DNA of 47,861 nucleotides from Candidatus Bathyarchaeota archaeon (GTDB taxonomy: Archaea > Thermoproteota > Bathyarchaeia > 40CM-2-53-6): positions 1 through 47,861 of the forward strand of contig CAWHWX010000015.1 in assembly GCA_963833125.1 (NCBI GenBank), given 5' to 3'. The position numbers and the translations under genes are program-made. The notes below the pieces were generated by a model. That model was not told the DNA's origin. It worked only from the letters and a program-made list of their open reading frames with translations, and did not search any database. Position 1 is the first letter of the stretch. Every line of letters begins with the position of its first letter. Shown here in pieces: positions 31,292-40,522 of the stretch.

Positions 31292-31306
31292 TAGAACTAT
31301 GTTCTA
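31292..31306. promoter_or_regulatory. Palindrome TAGAAC-TAT-GTTCTA upstream of the Mo-enzyme operon
   Basis: Perfect 6-bp inverted repeat about 65-80 nt before the start codon, just beyond a TATA-like TTAATG on the minus strand. Confidence 0.35.
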
Positions 31307-31489
31307 GTATCGATAGTAGCACAACTGTTCGCATTTGGAAATGCGATTTGAGCACTGGGCTCGGGGTACGGTAAGACGATCGCAGCCGAACCTACAACCA
31401 AATCCCTCAAAAGAAACAGAAGAAAAGTTGCGGGCATCTTAAGAATGAACTCTGTGAAATCAAGGTGAGAACACGTTGGAGGCACCGAT

Positions 31490-32089
31490 ATGAGTTCATA
31501 CCAGGAACCGGACGATCAGACTGGGGCAGTAATTCTCGCGGGCGGTAAAGCAACACGACTCCCCGACAAATGTTTCAGAGTATTCGATCGAAAGGAACTT
31601 GTCCTCCACGTTTACGAAAGAGTTTCAATGGCAGTTCCGGAAATTGTGGTAGTCGGAAAAACCGTGCAGGACGTTGGCCGGCTTCAACAAATCCTCCCAA
31701 AAGCTCGCATCGTTCACGAAGGAGTCGCTGACGCAGAGCCCTTTGGTGGGCCTACTCTGTGGACTGAACGCGCTTGAGAACGAGTATGTGTTCGCAGCTG
31801 CGTGCGACATGCCATTCCTAGAACCCAAATCATTTCGCTCGCTTCACGCCCAAGCCACGGGACGAGAGGCTGCTATCCCTTACTCGGACGGTAAACTCGA
31901 ACCACCTATGCGCGGTCTACAAACGAACCAGCGCTGTGAAGGCCGCCTCAAACTGTCTCAAAGTGAAACCGTACAAGCATCCTTGAGATGATTAGAGAGC
32001 TGAAGGAGGTCACACGAGTCAACAAGGAGGAACTTCGAAAAGATGACCCCCTCCTTCTGTCATTCGTCAACGTAAACACAGAACAATGA
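31490..32089 (+). CDS. mobA: Molybdenum cofactor guanylyltransferase (several indels; end approximate)
   Basis: AVILAGG...R..DK, then PL.GL..GL, ACDMPF, EP, and SF.NVNT in successive frames. Confidence 0.85.
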
Positions 32090-32191
32090 GCTAAAGAAGG
32101 CAGAAGAAGCCCATGAGACCTTGATCGAGCTTTGGGCAACGACCAAGAAATCCTATACGTTCCTGATGCGGTTCTGTGGGTTGAAGCTGTA

Positions 32192-32880
32192 ATGTTAGAA
32201 GCAGTTGTCAGCATCACTCCCCCGCATAGTTGGATCAAACGGCTGACTAGTGAATTTCCTGCCGTCATACGCGTATTGGACTGCCGGACCCTTCCCAGGC
32301 GGAAAGGGAGTGCAGGAGCTCTTCGAGTTAACGAGCGCTCTGGAACTTTCGGCGAAGATCGTGGGATCACTTCGAAAAGACAGTTACGTGTATGACGTAG
32401 ATATCGTGAAAGGTGAACGTGGAAGAGTCGTTGGATCTCTCAAGACCCATAAGTGTACGGCGTGTCGAACTTTCGCGGGCGCAAACTGTTTTCTGATCTC
32501 TGCCGCAAGTAAACCCGATGGACAACTCGAGTGGACGGTGCTAGGCAACGATACAGTAGTCAAGTCGCTAATGCATGAACTGGAGAAAGAAAACGTGATT
32601 GGCAAGGTGGTCAAAATTTCGAAGTTGGAAGACGAGAAGGAATTAACGACGAGACAGGAGAATATTTTACAGATTGGACTCGAGAAGGGTTACTTTGAAT
32701 TCCCAAAGAAAATAACACTTCGCCAATTAGCTAAAACTCTTGACATTGCTCCCGCAGACATTAACCGAAATACTCAGGCGAGGACAGAAGCGAGTGTTGC
32801 AGGAACACTTCAAAGGTCGCCCTTCCGTACTGGGGAAGAGAGCCTCTTCGCATCTGCCTGGTTATCAAGGTAGGAAATGA
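32192..32880 (+). CDS. HTH-10 (Bat/DmsR-like) transcriptional activator (indels)
   Basis: C-terminal LT.RQ..IL...LE.GYFE.PK...L..LA..L.I, continuing LTEILRRGQKRVL in another frame. N-terminal sensor region has a KCTAC motif. Confidence 0.85.
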
Positions 32881-33005
32881 CCTAACAGGTTAGGGTACAT
32901 CGCTATTCGAAACCTTTGGCTGCATCCATTCCATGTGAGAAGGATGCGGGCGTGTAGGGTTAGAAAATCGAAGGGGTAACCATACGAAGTTTTCCTAGAG
33001 TCAGC

Positions 33006-34559
33006 TTGATGCTGCTACTCATTACAGCTTCTCTTCTTCTAATCCCATTTTTTACACCCAATGCTTCCGGTGACGCAAAGCGCGCCGGCATATGCACCGA
33101 ACCGCAGCAAGTCACCCACCGATATACCATCGACCCCTTCACCCTCCGACAGAGTTGTGGTAACGCTTGTCACTGAGGAGAAACTAGGGCAACTGGCGAA
33201 TGGTGTCACGTACGATTTCTGGACATTCAACGGCACGGTTCCTGGCCCTCTCATCAGGCTGTGTGTTAGGGCAGATCGTTGAGATGCACCTTATCAACCC
33301 GCTAAACAGCACCATGATGCATTCAATTGACTCTCATGGAATTCTCGGACAAGGAGGAGGCGGCGCTTATTCACAGACTGCACCTGGCAACGAATCCATC
33401 TTCCAATTCACAGCAATGAATCCTGGTCTATTTTTGTACCATTGCGCCACGCCGGACATACCGACCCACATCGCCAACGGAATGTACGGCTTGATGCTCG
33501 TTGAACCCCAAGGAGGGCTTCCGAAGGTCGATGATGAGTTCTACCTAGTGCAAGGCGAGTTCTACACCATGGACCGATACGGACAGCAGGGCTACCAAGC
33601 CTTCAGCTATCAGAAAGCCCAGGCCGAAACCCCAGACTATGTTGTCTTCAATGGCAGAGTCGGCGCTTTGACAGGAAACGGAACTATGAGGGTGAAAGTC
33701 GGCGACAGCGTTCGAGTCTTCTTCGGAAACGCCGGACCGAACCTTGACTCGTCCCTTCACATAATAGGTGGCATAATGGATCGGGTGTACGAAGACGGAT
33801 CCCTAGACTCTCCTCCCCTCTTGGAGGTTCAGACCGTATTGGTTCCTGCGGGTTCAGCAGCCATGGTGGAATTCACGGCGCAAACTCCCGGCATACTTAC
33901 TTTACTTGACCATTCAATATTCAGACTGCATCAAGGCGCAGTGGCAACCTTCACGGTAACAGGCCCAAGCAACCCTGCAATCATCACCTCAATCAAGAAC
34001 GGTACTCGCCCAGCGCCTATCGTCCAGACTGGGAATACGACCGTGCCCACAACGGAGGAAATATCCAACAACACCTCAAGCGCGGGTGCCTCAAATTATA
34101 CCGTATTGATCGTGAACTATGCGTACGCTCCGGCGGACCTAACAGTATCTGTGGGAACGACTGTAACATGGGTGAACCAGGATTCGGTGGGGCATACGGT
34201 TACGAGAGGGCGATCCGAATTCACCCAAGCAAGCGTCTCTTCGTGCCTTTGATTCTTCAGGCGGAAGCTCTAACTGGGAAAGTGGTGTTGATCGGAGCTG
34301 GCGCGAGTTGGAGTTACACATTCACAACTCCAGGCACATACGAATATTACTGCATCGTTCACCCATACATGATAGGACACATTACCGTAAGCCCAGCTTC
34401 CGGGTCGAATAGCTCGCAGAGTCGGGTTACGGTGACTAAACCAACTTCACGATAACATTCACCGGCAGGGACCTCGTAGGCCTAAGCGCAGTAGGAATAG
34501 TTGTGCTTGTGGCCATAATGCTCATCTTCACACGATCAGGCAGGAAGAGGGTATATTGA
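33006..34559 (+). CDS. nirK: Copper-containing nitrite reductase with signal peptide, extra C-terminal cupredoxin domain and TM anchor (several indels; start approximate)
   Basis: WTFNGTVPGP.IR, HSIDSH, YHCATP...HIANGMYG, YLVQGEFY, VVFNG, SLHIIG, DHSIFR. Then V.VGTTVTW.N.D...HTVT ... F..PG.Y.YYCIVHPYM.G. Tail GRDLVGLSAVGIVVLVAIMLIFTRSGRKRVY*. Confidence 0.85.
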
Positions 34560-34627
34560 CATGGCCTTAGTTGCAACCTAGACAAAGCAACGGCTTGCAG
34601 CATCAAAACTCTGACTGCGCAGGTTCT

Positions 34628-35039
34628 ATGAGATCAAGACGCACCTTCCTTCGACGAGCAGCTTGCATCGCAATAGGGGCAAGCATTCTCCTCGTTGGCA
34701 GAGATTTAACCGAAGTTCTTTCTGTTCCCCACAGTGGTCATAATCTATGGATCCTCCTTACCAACCAACGACCAGACGAACACCAGAGCCCGACTTATCA
34801 CGGTAAAAGTCTACTACTCCATGATGGCTCAGTACACCGACTTAACCGAGGAACTCTTCGTCCTTCAGACGCCCGCTGTGCTTCGTGATCTCACGAACAC
34901 TGTCTTGGTTTAGCATCCTTCCATGACTCAAATGATGGGGATGATGTTAACCCTCCTCAACGGAACCCCAGCGAAACCTAACGCCCCATTGAAGGACGAG
35001 GACGTAATTCAATTCATACCGTTATCCGCCGGCGGTTAG
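34628..35039 (+). CDS. Twin-arginine-signal, Met-rich ubiquitin-like (MoaD/ThiS/SAMP beta-grasp) protein ending in GG (one indel and one in-frame TAG)
   Basis: MRSRRTFLRRAACIAIGASILLVG. After a frame change, plausibly at CCCC 34727-34730: ...LITVKVYYSMMAQYTDLTEELFVLQTPAVLRDLTNTVLV*HPSMTQMMGMMLTLLNGTPAKPNAPLKDEDVIQFIPLSAGG*. Confidence 0.7.
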
Positions 35040-35044
35040 GTTCT

Positions 35045-35237
35045 ATGCGACTGCAAAAACATAAGACACGAAAGACTGACAGCAAAGAACACAGCAAGTA
35101 CATGATTGTAATTTCACATGAACACATAGAAGAATTGGGATGGCGAAGAAGGACAAGAACTGGAACCTGAAGTTAAAGGAAAGAAACTTCTCATCTCACC
35201 GAAGGAAATCGGAAGAAGATTGAAAAGGCCGTGCTAG
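35045..35237 (+). CDS. AbrB/MazE/SpoVT-like small DNA-binding protein (indel)
   Basis: MRLQKHKTRKTDSKEHSKYMIVISHEHIEELGW-(shift)-EGQELEPEVKGKKLLISPK. Matches the swapped-hairpin pattern I.I....E.LGW..G..L......L.I.P. Not in the ORF track. Confidence 0.65.
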
Positions 35238-35452
35238 TATTCCTATTGTCATCTGAATCTATTCCCAATTGGGACGCTCAAACCGAAGATGTAAATCGCT
35301 GAAAGACAGCAATACTTGTTCGCATCCGGGAATTCATCGCTACTCTAAATTCACATGTCTGGTGTGTTCGCTTCTGCGAGGCAGAGCGCCGAGGAAGGGC
35401 GCAATGACAAGAAATACCCAACCGTGATCGAGAAGAAGGAGGGAGGCAATGA

Positions 35453-35704
35453 ATGAGCAAAAGCGAGATGACGATGTTGATACCGAGTTTTACTGAGACG
35501 TTCAACACAGGGATTCTACTTCAACTGGCAAGTACGCGACATACTGACGAATGCTCTAACTGTAGAGTTTTCTTAACTAACAGTTGCCAACGATGTTCTC
35601 GATGCGGATCACCCAAGAACTCGCCGTGTCTACACTGTGATTTCGATCTTGGACGCTCGGACGATACTGCGATGCATAAAGTAGTCTCAATGAAAGGCCA
35701 CTAA
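35453..35704 (+). CDS. Small Cys-rich putative zinc-ribbon protein
   Basis: CSNC, CQRCSRC and CLHC motifs. Purine-rich GGAGG upstream. Confidence 0.35.
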   Translation: MSKSEMTMLIPSFTETFNTGILLQLASTRHTDECSNCRVFLTNSCQRCSRCGSPKNSPCLHCDFDLGRSDDTAMHKVVSMKGH

Positions 35705-35844
35705 ACAGGCTAATTGGGACATAGTTAGCCCTCATCGTAGATTCAGGCACACATTTTCCAACATGAACTTCCACCGGAGGCATTATGGAAGGCGCCCCGG
35801 CAGTCACTTGAATTAGAAGGTCTATCAGCGAGGTAGTTGGGCAA

Positions 35845-37044
35845 ATGCCGTTGGATTTTACGTTTACAGATGAGCAGAATCTTTTCCGAAAGGCTGTTCG
35901 CGATTTCATGGCGAGAAATGTTGCTCCGAAGTCGAAGGAGTTGCTTAAGGCGAGGCTCGTTACGCCTGAGATCCATAAAGGATTCACAGATCTCGGCATT
36001 TTCGGATTATTAGTGCCTCAAGAATATGGTGGTTCCGCCGCAGATTTTGTGACATTTCTCATAGCGGTGGAGGAAATGACGAAGGGTGACCCTACCGGTT
36101 TCGCGGGTCTTCCAATCTGGTACGGAGCTTCATGCGCACGCATCGTCGCAGTGTACGGGAATCAAGCGTTGAAGGAGGAGATCCTGCCTAAAGTCACGAA
36201 GGAAGGCTGGATGACACCACTACACTCAACCGAACCTACGTGCGGAACGGATTTCACGTCAATAACCTCGACCGCCAAGAAGATTGGTGACGAGTTTGTG
36301 GTGAACGGGGAGAAGATGTGCCTTAGTTGCGTTCCGGAGGTCATGAAGTATGGAGGAGGATTCGTCACATCAGTGAAAACGAAACCTGAGTTAGGCAGCA
36401 AAGGAATGAGCCTCCTCTACATTCCATCAGACTCTAAGGGCATGAATACTTCAAACTACACTGGGATGGGGATCGATATCGGTGGTGTTCGATACGAGAA
36501 CACGCATGTTCCCGAACGTTATCTAATCGGATCCGAGGGAACTGGATATCAGATGACCTACGAATCTTTCGTTCACGCACGCGTCCCAACGACAATGAGC
36601 ATCGTCGCCGCCGCAGAGGCCGCAATCGAAAGAGGCATCGAATATCTGAAGCAGAGAAGAACATTCGGACGACCCATCGGCGCACACGAAGGCATCCAAT
36701 TTGAACTAGCTGAAAACTACGCGAACGTTCAAGCATCGAAACTGCTCTGCTACCGCGCCGCATGGCTCGTGGACCAATACCACAAAGGGAAAGCCTCATT
36801 CCAAGAAACAATGACCGCTGCCTCCACAGCCAAGCTCGTCGCTTCAGAACTCTGCGTGAAAGCTCTCAGTGACGTTCTAGAATGGTATGGAGGACTTGGA
36901 ACCACGACGGAATACGATATTCAGCAAGTATACAGAACTGTAAGGCAGGCCGTGATAGCTGAAGGAACAAAGAACGCACAGAAGATAGTGATAGCAATGC
37001 AGCTACTAGGCAGAGACTTCGCTTCCTGGAAAGCAAATGAATAA
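35845..37044 (+). CDS. Acyl-CoA dehydrogenase family protein
   Basis: P.EYGG, TEP..G.D, NGEK, QR..FGRPI...GIQF.LA, AK..ASE, GG.G, IAEGT (catalytic Glu position). Confidence 0.92.
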   Translation: MPLDFTFTDEQNLFRKAVRDFMARNVAPKSKELLKARLVTPEIHKGFTDLGIFGLLVPQEYGGSAADFVTFLIAVEEMTKGDPTGFAGLPIWYGASCARIVAVYGNQALKEEILPKVTKEGWMTPLHSTEPTCGTDFTSITSTAKKIGDEFVVNGEKMCLSCVPEVMKYGGGFVTSVKTKPELGSKGMSLLYIPSDSKGMNTSNYTGMGIDIGGVRYENTHVPERYLIGSEGTGYQMTYESFVHARVPTTMSIVAAAEAAIERGIEYLKQRRTFGRPIGAHEGIQFELAENYANVQASKLLCYRAAWLVDQYHKGKASFQETMTAASTAKLVASELCVKALSDVLEWYGGLGTTTEYDIQQVYRTVRQAVIAEGTKNAQKIVIAMQLLGRDFASWKANE

Positions 37045-37098
37045 ACTCTGCTCTGGGTTCGCTACAGAAACACAATCTGACCGCATTTCTCTCTTGGA

Positions 37099-37810
37099 TC
37101 AGTGAGCATCAGCATATGGACCATTCCCGAGCAGAGCCTGCACTATCTGGTCCTTTGTAAGCACAAGTGCGAACCCTGCGCCGGAGCGTCTTCAGCTCGG
37201 CCTCCTGCAGCTGTGGATCGTCGGTTGAGCTAATGTCAGATCCAAAAACCACTTTGTAACCATGGCCATGCGCCTCACGTGCCGTCGTCCCGCAACAATA
37301 GTTCGTCATCGTTCCGCAGATGATCACTGTGTCAACTTTCCGGTTCTTTAGAACGTAGTCGAGTGTGGTTCCGGTGAATGCGCCGTAGCTCGGCTTCGCT
37401 ATCACAACATCCTTTTCGTAGTCTGGCTTGATTGAAGGGTCGACGCTTTCCTTTTGAAACAATGGTGGCCCGTCGTAATCATCAAACTTATCCAACGGTG
37501 TTATGCCGTCCCGGAAGGCAGGGTTCATGTCTACATAGGTTGGGTGGAACACATAACACGTGTAAATCACCTGTACTCCGGTTTTGCGGCATATTTCTAT
37601 GAGGTTCCTAATCTTCGGAAGCTGTTTCGTCGCGTCGGGAATCCAAGATGGAGTCAGGTTTGGCTTAGTAAATTCTTCCAGCATATCGACGACGATCAGG
37701 GCCGATGTCTTCGGGTTAATCTTAATGCTGGCTTGACCCGTCTCATAATCTCTCTTCGCCTTCGAAAGAATGTACTCCTGACTGAACTCACCCGGTTTTC
37801 TCTTCTCCAA
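37099..37810 (-). CDS. Isochorismatase-like cysteine hydrolase (amidase; indel near end)
   Basis: ALIVVDM...F, K.SYGAF.GT.L, G.MTNYCC.TTAR.A (Asp-Lys-Cys triad). Confidence 0.88.
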
Positions 37811-37878
37811 AGTTGCTTCGAACTCGTTACTTCCCTAGAATCTTATATCAGTAACTCCAAGACTAGCGTTGCTGTCTG

Positions 37879-39038
37879 CTACCAAAGCTTCCGTTCGTAT
37901 TCAGTAAGTGAGGTAGTCCCCGTGGCGGTTACTGCCACCGTATCCTCGACAACTGCTGTTCCTAATCCAAGACGGACGATCATCGGTTCATATGCGAATA
38001 CCATGCCGGACTCAAAGACGTCTCTGCTAGTCGGCGAGAACATTGGAATCTCACTGAAACCCGTCCCTAGACCATGCCCCGTTGCCCAAAAGTCCTCACG
38101 CCACCCTTTCGATTCAGCTAACTTCTCGCCCAACTTGGCAATCTCCCCCGCCCCTGTACACCTGGGCGTATTCGATCAAGTAAGTCGGTGTAAATTTCAA
38201 GAATCGAATCCAACGCATTTCTCTGTTTCGCATCTCCCTTGCCCATTAACACTGTTCGAGACATGTCGGACAAGTATCCGTTTGAGATCGCTCCCAAATC
38301 AATGTAAACCATGTCGCCTACTTCGATTTTTCTCTTCGACGGATAATCATGCTTCGTTCCTGCACGTGGCCCTGCTACAACTATGGGTTGAAACGCAAGC
38401 CGGCTAGCCCCTTCTTCATACATCGCCTTGCAAGCCACCGCAACGACATCAGTCTCAGGTACACCTACTCTCGTAGCCTCAACTGCAGCGCGCATACCGG
38501 AACTTGTAATGCGAGAAGCTTCACGCATTACCTTTAGTTCGCTGGCGGTCTTCCGGCTCTTCATTTCAAGGAACGGGCGTTCGACATCAACCACGTTGCC
38601 CCCGAATTGACGTGCTTCAAACGCGTACAAACCAACGGCGCCTATCTTACCCTTAACACGGGAAACGGCGGCCTGCACTTCGGAGAGAAAGGATTGAAGG
38701 GACCAGCCGCAGATCCTCACTTGGTCTATCCAAGTTCTCCAAATCAACGAGTGCATCGGTTCTCCGTGAAACGCGGAATCGGTGACGAGAGTAACAGAGT
38801 CAGAGGTTATGACAACAGCTCCACGACCCATCATTGGCTCGAAATTCGCGAGATAGGTTAGGTAGCCCATATCATTCTGATCTCCAAATGCAACTAGCGC
38901 GTCGAGATTTCGCTCTTCCATTAATCGCCGACTGTTATCGATTCTCTGTTGATATTCAGCGACGGGAAACGGCAATTCAAGGTACTCGCTTCGAGTTTTG
39001 CTGTCGAATGGTACTCTTGGTTTTACGACCGGCATCAT
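37879..39038 (-). CDS. M24B Xaa-Pro aminopeptidase/creatinase-fold hydrolase (frameshifted)
   Basis: Creatinase-N domain (FP..EY..RI). Metal ligands D(LG)...D(MSRT), GHGLG, EP, VED. Confidence 0.88.
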
Positions 39039-39184
39039 CGTCTAAATTCACTTTGAATAGAAGTGGCCACTAATCCAGTTAATACTTTCAGTTTGTGTCA
39101 TAGAGAAGCGGGACTATCTGACATTCTGAAAATTCAGACATTCATTAATATGGTTGTAATACCGCTGTGGGTCGGGTTATTTAA

Positions 39185-40172
39185 TTGAAGCCGAAGTTCG
39201 GGATAGTTCTACCCACCCGTGGAATGCTTATTCGCAAAGACCAGCGCACGGAAGGACATCGTTGAACTCAGCAAACTGGTTGAAGAGTATGGGTATGATG
39301 CCGTTTGGGCTGGAGATAGCATTCTCGCCAAACCACGATTGGACTCGATTAGTGTTCTGTCGGCAGTAGCCGGAGCTACGGAAAGAGTCAAGCTTGGGAC
39401 GGCTTGTTTCGCAAGTTTCCCGCTCCGTAATCCAATCATACTCGCTTACCAATGGGCGACGCTTGATGTTTTGTCGGAAGGGAGAAGCTTGCTCGTCGTA
39501 TGCCAGGGCACACCAACCCAGCATGGTAAGATCTACCGGAACGAGTTCAATGCCATAGGCGTACCACCGAAGGAAAAGGTGAAGCGAAGTGAAGAGGCAT
39601 TGGAGATTCTCAGGAAGCTCTGGGAATCGGATAACGTCAGCTATGACGGAGAGATTTTCAAGTTCAAAGACGTCACAATGTTACCTAAACCTGTGCAGAA
39701 ACCGTGCCCGATCTGGATAGCATCAAACCCACGCTCCACGGGAGAACTAGAAGGGCCGCCGGGTGAGATCGAAAAGAACTTCGACCGAGTCGGCAAATAC
39801 GCGGACGGATGGATGACTACGATGGTTGAACCAGAGGAGTTTAGGGAAGATGCTGAAAAGGTGCGAGAGGCTTTGCGAAAGCACCACCGCGAGAGTAACC
39901 AGTTTGGAATGTGCCTTTACTACAACGTAAACATGAACAACGATAAGCAAACGGCGGCTGCTGAGTCAAGCGACTTTCTCATGAAATACTACCGAGAAGA
40001 CCCGTCGGGAATCCTAGACAAGTGGGTCGCCTTTGGAAATCAGAAAGATTGCATTCAAAAATTGGAAGGATTCGTGAAAGCAGGAGTGGACACTTTCTCG
40101 ATCCGGTTTGTTGCTTGGAACCAGATCGAGCAACTAAAGAGGTTTAGTGAAGAAGTCCTATCGAGCTTCTGA
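39185..40172 (+). CDS. LLM-class flavin-dependent oxidoreductase (indel near 5' end)
   Basis: MKPKFGIVLP start in another frame. E..GYD.VW.GDS, T..V.LGT, LD.LS.GR, PKPVQ.P.PIW, ADGW. Confidence 0.88.
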
Positions 40173-40185
40173 GCACTCTTAGGCA

Positions 40186-40413
40186 TTATCCCAAGGTCCA
40201 CATGAATCCACCTTCACACGGTTTTCTTTTTACACGACCGAGACGGTAGAGCTTCATGGCGGTCTCGTAGACCTCAGACCCACTCTTGCAATCGCGACAA
40301 ATCCTCTCGAACTCTGGGGTCGAAGCAAGCTCAATGATTCGTTTGGTTGACGCTGAGCTTTCCTTGCGGAGAATACTCAGCACGCAGAGTTCACGGTCAT
40401 AAGGATCACTCAT
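40186..40413 (-). CDS. Small hypothetical protein, possibly winged-helix with CxxC
   Basis: 75-aa ORF with CRDC and an L...G.V.R.....F.W.L wing-like end. Confidence 0.45.
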   Translation of the reverse strand: MSDPYDRELCVLSILRKESSASTKRIIELASTPEFERICRDCKSGSEVYETAMKLYRLGRVKRKPCEGGFMWTLG

Positions 40414-40522
40414 CGAACTCGCGCACCATTAGACCTGTAACCTCAATATTATAGAGCGACCAATCCGATGAAAGTTATGGCAATTATACTCTAGCGTCTA
40501 GACATCATACGCTACAGTTGAA

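Noticed and set aside
37454-38407. 317-aa plus-strand ORF
   Set aside because: Antisense to the isochorismatase and M24 genes, with no motifs.
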